Source: an uncultured Actinomycetota bacterium (GTDB lineage: Bacteria; Auribacterota; Ancaeobacteria; Ancaeobacterales; CAZGMX01). From it: DNA of 30,818 nt. Shown piece by piece: positions 1-6,623 of the stretch (positions are counted from its first letter, which is position 1; each line of letters starts with the position of its first letter). Under the pieces are notes generated by a model. The model made no database searches, had not been told where the DNA came from, and saw only the letters and a program-made list of their open reading frames with translations. The position numbers and the translations under genes were made by a program. Location of the stretch: contig CAZOWS010000102.1 in assembly GCA_964583365.1 (NCBI GenBank), positions 1 through 30,818 of the forward strand, in the 5' to 3' direction.

Positions 1-387
1 GACGGGGCTCAGCTTTTCAGACACGTAGTTCACGAGCATTTCGACGGTAAACAAATCCGCGAAGTCCGTGATAACAGGATTTCTTCTGAAGTCGGTAAGA
101 TCCGCATAGGGCATTTTTTCCGTCAGTTTGGCTATGCCCGCTTCGGTCATCTTGCCGTCTTTTACGTATTCATCGTTGGTCAAAAGATTTTCAGGAAATA
201 GGTCGCCTCGAGGAATTTTGATCTTAAATGTCTTTTCTAACCGGAACACAATGTCCAGATAGTCTATGGACTCGGCTCCCAAATCCTTGGTCAGCGATGT
301 CTTCACTTCTATTTCGTCCTCGTCCACACCCAATGCCTGAACCAGACATTCCTTAACCTTCTGAAAAATTTCCTCGCGTGTCTGCAT
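1..387 (-). CDS. Elongated (Planctomycete/amxACP-like) acyl carrier protein, 3'-truncated by the window edge; absent from the ORF track
   Basis: Manual translation from ATG at 387: MQTREEIFQKVKECLVQALGVDEDEIEVKTSLTKDLGAESIDYLDIVFRLEKTFKIKIPRGDLFPENLL...LFTVEMLVNYVSEKLSPV (129 codons, no stop before position 1). The DLGAESID phosphopantetheine-Ser motif is present; AGGAGG RBS upstream. Confidence 0.92.
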   Translation of the reverse strand, partial: MQTREEIFQKVKECLVQALGVDEDEIEVKTSLTKDLGAESIDYLDIVFRLEKTFKIKIPRGDLFPENLLTNDEYVKDGKMTEAGIAKLTEKMPYADLTDFRRNPVITDFADLFTVEMLVNYVSEKLSPV

Positions 388-432
388 GTTGCCTATCCTC
401 CTTGAAATGGGGATGTAAGAATTACCTCGGAG

Positions 433-460
433 AGTCTATCAAGTGGGGCCGCGCTGTCAA
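433..460 (-). promoter_or_regulatory. sigma70-like promoter for the ACP gene
   Basis: Minus strand TTGACA (460-455), 16-nt spacer, extended TG-n-TAGACT (438-433). Confidence 0.6.
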
Positions 461-502
461 ATAAAAAAAGGCTGGCAGCGACTCCGGAAGTCGCTCGCCA
501 GC
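461..502 (-). terminator. Intrinsic terminator after the HAMP-protein gene
   Basis: GC-rich stem GCTGGC-AGCGACT / AGTCGCT-C-GCCAGC followed on the minus strand by a T7 run, directly after the stop codon at 502-504. Confidence 0.75.
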
Positions 503-1032
503 TACCTCGTCTTGAAGTTTTTCAAGTCCTGGTTGAGACGCTCTATATAATCTGCCATCCGCGAAATTTCCTCGTCCTTGGCCATCTTTTTAAGGTTGTT
601 GATCGCGTCTTCCAATTGTTCAATAATCCGCATATCGTTCTTGCGCTCCTTCTCCAGGAGTATCACCATTTCGTTATAGGAGTCCTGCACATCCTTAAAT
701 TGGTCATGCTGCCGAAATCTGATTTGACGCGGTGAAGACCCCTCGGCAATGCTGGCCAGATAGTTTTTTAGCCTATGCATGGGTCCGGCTGCGCGATGAG
801 AAAGGATAAAGGCAAGAACAGCTTGGAATAAAAAACCCAACCCCATTGCGATAGAAACTTTTATAAAGATTGATTCCGAAGTTACTTGCAAATTATTATT
901 TCTATCCAGATAAAAGATGCCGGCTACGAATATAAAAGTGATAAGAGCTTGGAACAGCACAAGCCTAATCGCATGTATCTGGAACTCCTTGTTCACCAGA
1001 TACCTTCCGCGTATATTGTACGTTTTGCTCAT
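502..1032 (-). CDS. Small membrane protein: 2 TM helices + HAMP domain + coiled coil, no output domain
   Basis: Two hydrophobic segments, then the HAMP-like SHRAAGPMHRL...IRFRQHDQFKDVQDSYNEM and a charged helical tail. ATG at 1032 preferred over TTG at 1041. Confidence 0.75.
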   Translation of the reverse strand: MSKTYNIRGRYLVNKEFQIHAIRLVLFQALITFIFVAGIFYLDRNNNLQVTSESIFIKVSIAMGLGFLFQAVLAFILSHRAAGPMHRLKNYLASIAEGSSPRQIRFRQHDQFKDVQDSYNEMVILLEKERKNDMRIIEQLEDAINNLKKMAKDEEISRMADYIERLNQDLKNFKTR

Positions 1033-1053
1033 CTTACTCAAATCTCCGACACT

Positions 1054-1082
1054 ACTATATCCTCAATTTTTCCCCTTGTCAA
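1054..1082 (-). promoter_or_regulatory. sigma70 promoter for the HAMP gene
   Basis: TTGACA (1082-1077), 17 nt, TATAGT (1059-1054). Confidence 0.7.
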
Positions 1083-1103
1083 GGCCCTAAGGGTTGCTAT
1101 AAT
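1076..1103 (+). promoter_or_regulatory. sigma70 promoter for the MNIO/bufferin operon
   Basis: TTGTCA (1076-1081), 16 nt, extended TG-c-TATAAT (1098-1103). Confidence 0.7.
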
Positions 1104-1160
1104 CCCGCCTCGAGTTTTAAAAACTCGCTGTACTCACAACACAAAAAGGAGAGTGCATAA

Positions 1161-1394
1161 GTGAAAAAGAATAAAATCATTTTGGCAGCCGTGGCCGGTT
1201 TGATGACTGGCTTGGTTGGTGTTTCTATTCCGGGTCATAATTCGCTCACCACAGTGCAATCTGCTGATGCCGCTGATACAGCCGTTGCGCCTCATGCCTG
1301 CAAAGGTGCCAATCAGTGCAAAGGTACCAATGAGTGCAAGGGTACCAATGTTTGCAAGGGTACTTGTGGTTGTGCAACAGATGGTAGCAAGTAA
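1161..1394 (+). CDS. Cys-rich secreted RiPP precursor, bufferin (BufA2)/oxazolin-like metallophore
   Basis: GTG start with AGGAG RBS; Sec-type signal ending ...VQSADA; core HACKGANQCKGTNECKGTNVCKGTCGC (6 Cys); directly upstream of DUF692-DUF2063-DoxX. Confidence 0.85.
   Translation: MKKNKIILAAVAGLMTGLVGVSIPGHNSLTTVQSADAADTAVAPHACKGANQCKGTNECKGTNVCKGTCGCATDGSK
1299..1370 (+). repeat. In-frame 18-bp tandem repeat x4 encoding CKGxNx
   Basis: tgcaaaggtgccaatcag / tgcaaaggtaccaatgag / tgcaagggtaccaatgtt / tgcaagggtacttgtggt. Confidence 0.9.
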
Positions 1395-1410
1395 CATTTA
1401 AGTTAACCTT

Positions 1411-1459
1411 AGAGGCCAAGCGTGCGGCTCAGGCCGGCGTTTGGCCTCTTTGTGTTTTC
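1411..1459 (+). terminator. Hairpin/partial terminator between precursor and MNIO genes
   Basis: Stem AGAGGCCAAGCG / CGTTTGGCCTCT plus inner CGGC/GCCG, followed by TTGTGTTTT. Confidence 0.6.
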
Positions 1460-1473
1460 ACTGCTTTAGTTCC

Positions 1474-2340
1474 ATGAATACCCACCCCCGAGTGCAAAAC
1501 AAAGTATTTGATGTGCCTAATCTGGGTATCGGATTGGGGCTTCGAATCAATCATTATAAGGAAATCCTAAAGACCAAGCCGGAAGTCGGCTGGTTTGAAA
1601 TTATCTCTGAAAACTTCATGGTGGAGGCAGGAAGACCTCTTTTCTATTTGGAGCAATTTCTTGAGCATTACCCGATCATCCAGCATGGTGTTGCGCTTTC
1701 CATCGGCAGCGCTGACCCTCTCGATTTTGACTATCTAAAAAAGCTGAAACGCCTTTCGGAAAGAACTAAAACACCCTGGTTTTCAGATCATCTTTGCTGG
1801 TGCACCCACAATGGGCACAACATGCACGACTTGCTGCCGCTGCCCTACACGGAAATCACCGCGCGGCGAGTTGCGGAAAAAGCTCGTGTTGTGCAGGATT
1901 TTATTGGAAAACCGTTTCTTTTGGAGAATGTGTCCAGCTACGTGGGCTTTCAAAGTTCGCAAATGGAAGAATGGGAGTTTTTGAGCCTTGTCGCCGAGAC
2001 GGCCGATTGCGGCATTTTGCTGGACGTGAACAACATCTATGTCTCCGCCCGCAATCACGGCTTCGATCCAATGGACTATTTAAAGGGGATACCAGCCAAA
2101 CGGGTGCTGCAAATTCACGTTGCCGGGCACTCCGACATGGGCAAATACATTTTGGACACGCATGACCATACCGTGCGGGACGAAGTGTGGGATCTCTACG
2201 CGAAGGCCTGCGAGCTGGTCGGCGACGTCTCCATGATGCTGGAACGCGATGACCACATACCTCCTTTCAAGGAAGTGTACGAAGAGGTTCTCAAGGCAAA
2301 GCAATACCAGAAGGCGCTGCATGCCACCAACGTCGCATAA
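1474..2340 (+). CDS. Multinuclear non-heme iron oxidative enzyme (DUF692/MNIO, BufB/MbnB family)
   Basis: Motifs GLGLR, FEIISENF, HGVALSIG, SDHLCW, HDLLPLP, LENVSSY, LLDVNNIYV, QIHVAGH, LDTHD, LERD. ATG at 1474 preferred over TTG at 1441. Confidence 0.95.
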   Translation: MNTHPRVQNKVFDVPNLGIGLGLRINHYKEILKTKPEVGWFEIISENFMVEAGRPLFYLEQFLEHYPIIQHGVALSIGSADPLDFDYLKKLKRLSERTKTPWFSDHLCWCTHNGHNMHDLLPLPYTEITARRVAEKARVVQDFIGKPFLLENVSSYVGFQSSQMEEWEFLSLVAETADCGILLDVNNIYVSARNHGFDPMDYLKGIPAKRVLQIHVAGHSDMGKYILDTHDHTVRDEVWDLYAKACELVGDVSMMLERDDHIPPFKEVYEEVLKAKQYQKALHATNVA

Positions 2341-3184
2341 AATTGTTCAGGTCTCGGACCTGACCGAACTTCAGGAATGGATGTGCGGGGCCATACGCAC
2401 ACCGATGTCCAAGCAAGCATCTATCACTCCAGACCCCGTGTACTATTTGACCCCCAATGCTCAACTCACTGCGCGTGAGCGCCTGGAGATTTATGCCGAT
2501 GATTATTGGAGCCGCTGCTTCAATATGCTGCATGATAATTTCCCGGGACTCGCGGAAATTTGGGGTCATGAGACATTTCATCGCTGGTCAGAACAATACC
2601 TGGTTCAATGTTCTTCTTCTTCCTTCACGTTGCGCGACCTCGGGAATAAATTTGAAAGTTTTATCTCATCGGAATATCACGGGCAAGACAGCGCCCTGGT
2701 CTTGGATATGCTGCGCTACGAATGGGCTAGAATCGAGGCATTTGATCGGCCCGTGTTGCCACCTTTTGATCCCGAAAAGTTGAGCGCGCAGGAAAGAGTA
2801 GATCTGGCTTCTTTGACTTTCGCATTGCAGCCGCATATCTCATTGCTGCAATTGGATTATCCTGTCTTTGAGGTAGTAGACAAATTGATTAGTCGCAAGA
2901 CCAAGAAAACCATACCCGTGCCCACGAAGGGTGAATATTTTACGGTAGTGTACCGCCACGATTTCATCGTGTATCACAAAGAAATTGACAAAGCCTTTTA
3001 CCTTCTCCTAACTCAGATACAAGGTGGAAAATCCCTCGCGGACGGTTGCGATGCGATATTACCGCTGCTGGACAAGGAACAAATCAACCGGCTAGAAAAA
3101 AAGGCCCGGACATGGTTTCAGCAATGCGTGGCATTGCAATGGCTGGGGGCACCGGTGAAATCCGGGGAATCCGGGGACATGTAA
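2321..3184 (+). CDS. MNIO partner protein (DUF2063, BufC/HvfC family)
   Basis: ERLEIYADDYWSR, FPGL, FTLRDLG, LRYEWA motifs; overlaps the DUF692 stop; start ATG 2321 in the ORF-track frame. Confidence 0.88.
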   Translation: MPPTSHKIVQVSDLTELQEWMCGAIRTPMSKQASITPDPVYYLTPNAQLTARERLEIYADDYWSRCFNMLHDNFPGLAEIWGHETFHRWSEQYLVQCSSSSFTLRDLGNKFESFISSEYHGQDSALVLDMLRYEWARIEAFDRPVLPPFDPEKLSAQERVDLASLTFALQPHISLLQLDYPVFEVVDKLISRKTKKTIPVPTKGEYFTVVYRHDFIVYHKEIDKAFYLLLTQIQGGKSLADGCDAILPLLDKEQINRLEKKARTWFQQCVALQWLGAPVKSGESGDM

Positions 3185-3240
3185 CGAATTCGCTTTTGAA
3201 TTCGGTACGTGTCCCCGCATTCCCGTGTCCCCGCATTTCG
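3161..3240. repeat. GGGGACA...TGTCCCC palindromic element, copy A
   Basis: Arms GGGGACATGTAACGAATTC (3173-3191) / GAATTCGGTACGTGTCCCC (3198-3216), 17/19 match, loop GCTTTT; flanks TCCGGGGA and GTGTCCCCGCATT are each duplicated. Confidence 0.8.
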
Positions 3241-3260
3241 GGAAAGCTAGGAGCTTAACC

Positions 3261-3716
3261 ATGTTTCTTCATCGCACAATTAAACTCTTGTTGGATTGGG
3301 CCGAGCGACTGCAATGGCTACCACCTCTTTTGACGCGGCTTTCCATCGGATATATGTTTTATATCACCGGGAAGGGAAAGCTGCTGCATTTAGACAGCAC
3401 CACCCAATTCTTCGCCAAGCTGGGGATTCCATTTCCCCACATCAACGCGATCATGGCGGCTTCCACGGAATGCTTTGGCGGCTTACTCATCATGGTTGGA
3501 TTATGCACGCGCTTGGCATCCATTCCTCTGGCATTCGTGATGGTGATTGCCATCGCCACGGCCCAGATGGGCCAAGTGCACAGTTTGGGTGATTTCGTAG
3601 GGCTTTCGGAAGTCGCGTACATGTTGATTTTCGTCTGGCTTGCCATCGCAGGGCCCGGCAAGGTAAGTCTGGATCATTGGCTGCGCAAATGTTTCCCCGG
3701 CCCTTCCAAATTATAA
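3261..3716 (+). CDS. DoxX family membrane protein (BufD-like)
   Basis: LLTRLSIGYMFYITGKGKL, ECFGGLLIMVGLCTR, GPGKVSLD motifs; AGGAG RBS before ATG 3261. Confidence 0.92.
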   Translation: MFLHRTIKLLLDWAERLQWLPPLLTRLSIGYMFYITGKGKLLHLDSTTQFFAKLGIPFPHINAIMAASTECFGGLLIMVGLCTRLASIPLAFVMVIAIATAQMGQVHSLGDFVGLSEVAYMLIFVWLAIAGPGKVSLDHWLRKCFPGPSKL

Positions 3717-5563
3717 GTTTTTTTTTGCTTCTGCTACTCGGACCTAACCTTGCCACGGTTCGAGCCGAAGAAGCTGTCTCCGTAGCTTGGAAATCCTGGT
3801 CCCAGGAAACCTTTGATGAAGCCAAAGCCAGCGAGAAACTCATTCTGCTGGACGTCAGCGCTGCGTGGTGTCATTGGTGCCATGTCATGGAAGAAACCAC
3901 GTACCGTGATCCCGCGATCGTGTCGCTCATCGAAAAATATTTTATTCCCATCAAAGTGGACGTGGATGCCCGGCCCGACATCGCCGCGCGCTATGGCTCC
4001 ATAGGCTGGCCGGCCACGGCCTTTTTTTCGCCCGACGCCAATCCGCTGCGTGAAGTGGGCGCCTACGTGGACCCGCAGGCCTTTGGGAAAATCTTAAATG
4101 AACTTCTAAAAAATCGTTCTGGCTCGCCGAAAACAATAGAGACATCTGCTGCAAAGAAATCTCTATCCATCTCCAGCTCTCGTAACTCCCTCTCCCTCCG
4201 AGAAGGAGAGGGCCGGGGTGAGGGTGCCATTGAAACCATGAACACCTGGGCCGAGAAAGAGCTGCTTAGCTATTACGATACGAAACTAGGCGGCTGGGGA
4301 AAGCGACAAAAGGCCCCCGTGGCCGATGCGGTCGAACACGCGTTTTGGAAATATTATTTAACGCGAGATGCTGTCTCGGCAAAGCGCGCGTTCTCTAGCC
4401 TGCTCTCCCAAAGACCTTTATTGGACCCGGTTTGGGGAGGCATGTATCAATATTCGGATGGCGGCGTGTGGGGCAGGCCGCATTTTGAGAAAATCATGAC
4501 CGTGCAGGCAGGCGCTCTGTCCAATTATGCTCAAGCGTATTGGTCCAGCGGCGACAAACGCTTCCTGTCCCTAACGCGCATGATGCTTTCCTACCTGGAT
4601 AATTTTCTGTCATCTCCGGATGGGTATTTTTTTACGAGCCAGGACGCGGATTTAAAATCCTTGGACGGTAACGACTACTTTTGCCTGTCCGACCAAGAAC
4701 GCCGCGCGTGGGGATTGCCGAGCGTGGACAGAAATGTCTATGCGCGCGAAAACGGTCTTGCCATTTCTGCTTTTTGTGAGGCTTTTGCTGCAACAGAAGA
4801 TGAAGCCATAAGGCAAAAAGCTCTGACCGCGGCGAATCACATTCTAAGCACGCATGGCAAACCCGGCGGAGGATTTTTTCATGCTGCCGGCCCAGCGGAT
4901 AAAACGCTGTATTTGGCGGACAATGCTGTTTTCGGGAAAGCCTTGCTGGATTGTTTTGCGATCAGCGGGCAGGCGCGCTATCTCTACAAGGCCGTCGAGA
5001 CCGGCGATGTCATGCTCCAAGAGTTTGCTTCTCCCGATGGGTTTGGACTCTACGCGCATTCCGTTGATCCCAAAGCCGTTGGCTTTTTTGCCGACCGCCA
5101 AAAACCATTCGAAGAAAACGCGCTCGCCGCACGGTTTTTGTTGCGACTACACGGATACACGGGGAAGGCAAAATACCGAGATGCGGCAAAAAACATATTG
5201 ATGTATTTGAGCGATGAAGCGCGACTAAAAGATCAAGGCAGATTCCTCGGCAATTACCTCCTGGCAACCGAAGAGTTCTTGCACGAGCCATTGCATCTCT
5301 TGGTCATCGGCGCAAAAACCGACGCGAGAGCAATTGCATTGCACGAAAGCGCATGGAAATATTATGCGCCGTATAAAATTTTGGATTGGCAAGATCCCAA
5401 GGAAAATCCGGATATCGCGAAAAACTACCCAATCTTCAACCACCCGGTCCTTTTTATCTGCTCGACCGGCCGCTGTTCCCCACCCATCCAGAACCCAAAA
5501 AATGTTTCCAAAGCCATAAGCGATTTCAAAAATGCGGAAATCCAGAGACATAACCCCATCTAG
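3689..5563 (+). CDS. Thioredoxin-domain protein (SSP411/YyaL, DUF255 + alpha/alpha toroid) with N-terminal signal peptide
   Basis: WKSWSQETF, AAWCHWCHVME, KVDVDARPD, GWP, LLDPVWGG, PHFEK motifs; hydrophobic N-terminus ending ATVRA-EE. Confidence 0.88.
   Translation: MFPRPFQIISFFLLLLLGPNLATVRAEEAVSVAWKSWSQETFDEAKASEKLILLDVSAAWCHWCHVMEETTYRDPAIVSLIEKYFIPIKVDVDARPDIAARYGSIGWPATAFFSPDANPLREVGAYVDPQAFGKILNELLKNRSGSPKTIETSAAKKSLSISSSRNSLSLREGEGRGEGAIETMNTWAEKELLSYYDTKLGGWGKRQKAPVADAVEHAFWKYYLTRDAVSAKRAFSSLLSQRPLLDPVWGGMYQYSDGGVWGRPHFEKIMTVQAGALSNYAQAYWSSGDKRFLSLTRMMLSYLDNFLSSPDGYFFTSQDADLKSLDGNDYFCLSDQERRAWGLPSVDRNVYARENGLAISAFCEAFAATEDEAIRQKALTAANHILSTHGKPGGGFFHAAGPADKTLYLADNAVFGKALLDCFAISGQARYLYKAVETGDVMLQEFASPDGFGLYAHSVDPKAVGFFADRQKPFEENALAARFLLRLHGYTGKAKYRDAAKNILMYLSDEARLKDQGRFLGNYLLATEEFLHEPLHLLVIGAKTDARAIALHESAWKYYAPYKILDWQDPKENPDIAKNYPIFNHPVLFICSTGRCSPPIQNPKNVSKAISDFKNAEIQRHNPI
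4186..4224. repeat. CCCTCTCC...GGAGAGGG..GGGGTGAGGG palindromic element inside the CDS
   Basis: Stem CCCTCTCC (4188-4195) / GGAGAGGG (4205-4212) followed by CCGGGGTGAGGG; translates in frame as SLSLREGEGRGEG. Confidence 0.7.
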
Positions 5564-5649
5564 CCTTTCACGCGATTGCGAAAATTCGGAAATCCGGGGA
5601 CATAACCCCATTTAGCTTTTCAAATGGGGATTGTGTCCCCGCATTTCCG
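5535..5649. repeat. GGGGACA...TGTCCCC palindromic element, copy B, with a degenerate direct duplicate of the left arm
   Basis: Arms GGGGACATAACCCCATTT (5597-5614) / AAATGGGGATTGTGTCCCC (5622-5640), loop contains GCTTTT; 5535-5566 repeats 5587-5618; flanks AAATCCGGGGA and GTGTCCCCGCATTTC match copy A. Confidence 0.85.
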
Positions 5650-6513
5650 TGAAATCTCGATCATCTTAATAAACCCAAGCTCCTCCATCAAAGGCATCGC
5701 AAGCCCTTTGTCATACCCCTTATACGCCAAAGTTTTCAAACTCTCCCGCATAGGCGCCTCCACGCTAAACGTCGCCAACCGCGTCGACAGTTGCGCCATT
5801 CTCTTACCCTCTCTGAGCTTTCCAGCAAGCGTCCCAGCACCCCGCAGTTTCATGTGCCCCACACGATCAAGATTCGCATACAAATTCTCCATCGTCTGAA
5901 ATTCCTTCAACAACGCAACGGCCGTTTTATTGCCCACGCCAGAAACGCCCGGAATATTATCCGCGCTGTCCCCCGCCAAACCTAAAAAATCGGGAATTTG
6001 ATCGGGGCGCAATCCCATTTCAACTTCCACGGCTTTTTCATTCAGCCACTTGTGTTTGGCCACGTTGTAATAACGTGTCCTCGCGTCCACCAATTGCAAT
6101 AAATCCTTATCGCCGGAAACAATCACAAACGCGCAATTTTCTTTTGATAATTTGTGGCGCGCGGTGGCAATCAAGTCATCGGCTTCGTAGCGATGATCGG
6201 CCAAGACACGGCATCCCAGCGCCTGTGCCATGCGTTGGCAATACTTAAGTTGCGCCTCCAATTCCGGCGGAGGCAGAACGCGATTGGCTTTGTAATCGGG
6301 ATAAAAATCGTTGCGGAACGAGGTGGTCAAGCTCTCGTCGAAAGCCACCATGACATGCGACGGCTTCTCTTCGGCCAACAACTTGATTAAAAATCTAGCG
6401 AACCCGTAGACCGCATTAATATTAGCACCTCGAGGAGATCGAATCTCGGGCAGCGCAAAGTACGCGCGAAAAACATAGGGCAAGGCATCTATTAAAAAGA
6501 CGGTCTTTTTCAT
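5620..6513 (-). CDS. Stand-alone 5'-3' exonuclease / flap endonuclease (PolI N-terminal-like, ExoIX/FEN family)
   Basis: LIDALPYVFRAYF, YKANR, YEADDLIAT, SGDKDLLQL, GDSADNIPGVSGVGNKTA; no polymerase domain. True start probably ATG 6513 (MKKTVFLID); the ORF-track extension runs through repeats. Confidence 0.92.
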   Translation of the reverse strand: MKKTVFLIDALPYVFRAYFALPEIRSPRGANINAVYGFARFLIKLLAEEKPSHVMVAFDESLTTSFRNDFYPDYKANRVLPPPELEAQLKYCQRMAQALGCRVLADHRYEADDLIATARHKLSKENCAFVIVSGDKDLLQLVDARTRYYNVAKHKWLNEKAVEVEMGLRPDQIPDFLGLAGDSADNIPGVSGVGNKTAVALLKEFQTMENLYANLDRVGHMKLRGAGTLAGKLREGKRMAQLSTRLATFSVEAPMRESLKTLAYKGYDKGLAMPLMEELGFIKMIEISRKCGDTIPI

Positions 6514-6531
6514 TAGGTCATCGTGATATCT

Positions 6532-6558
6532 TGTCATCCTGAGCGCAGCGAAGGATCT
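6532..6558. repeat. GTCATCCTGAG-type REP-like element (left half)
   Basis: TGTCATCCTGAGCGCAGCGAAGGATCT, related to the copies at 12201 and 26981. Confidence 0.75.
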
Positions 6559-6576
6559 AGCTCGGTCCATTGCCAT

Positions 6577-6609
6577 GTGATCCGACAGCTTGCCAAGCTG
6601 TCGGATCAC
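6577..6609. repeat. Perfect 16-bp inverted repeat
   Basis: GTGATCCGACAGCTTG-C-CAAGCTGTCGGATCAC, intergenic. Confidence 0.9.
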
Positions 6610-6623
6610 TATCTTATTTTTTA

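Noticed and set aside
1299-1370. Short regular repeats as a possible CRISPR array
   Set aside because: Contiguous 18-bp coding repeats with no spacers and no cas genes.
3865-3882. CHWCH read as a c-type heme CxxCH motif in an exported protein
   Set aside because: It is the conserved WCHWCH thioredoxin-like motif of the SSP411/YyaL family; there is no other cytochrome c feature.
6514-6609. N-terminal extension of the 5'-3' exonuclease in the ORF track
   Set aside because: It reads through two repeat elements; family homology starts at MKKTVFLID.
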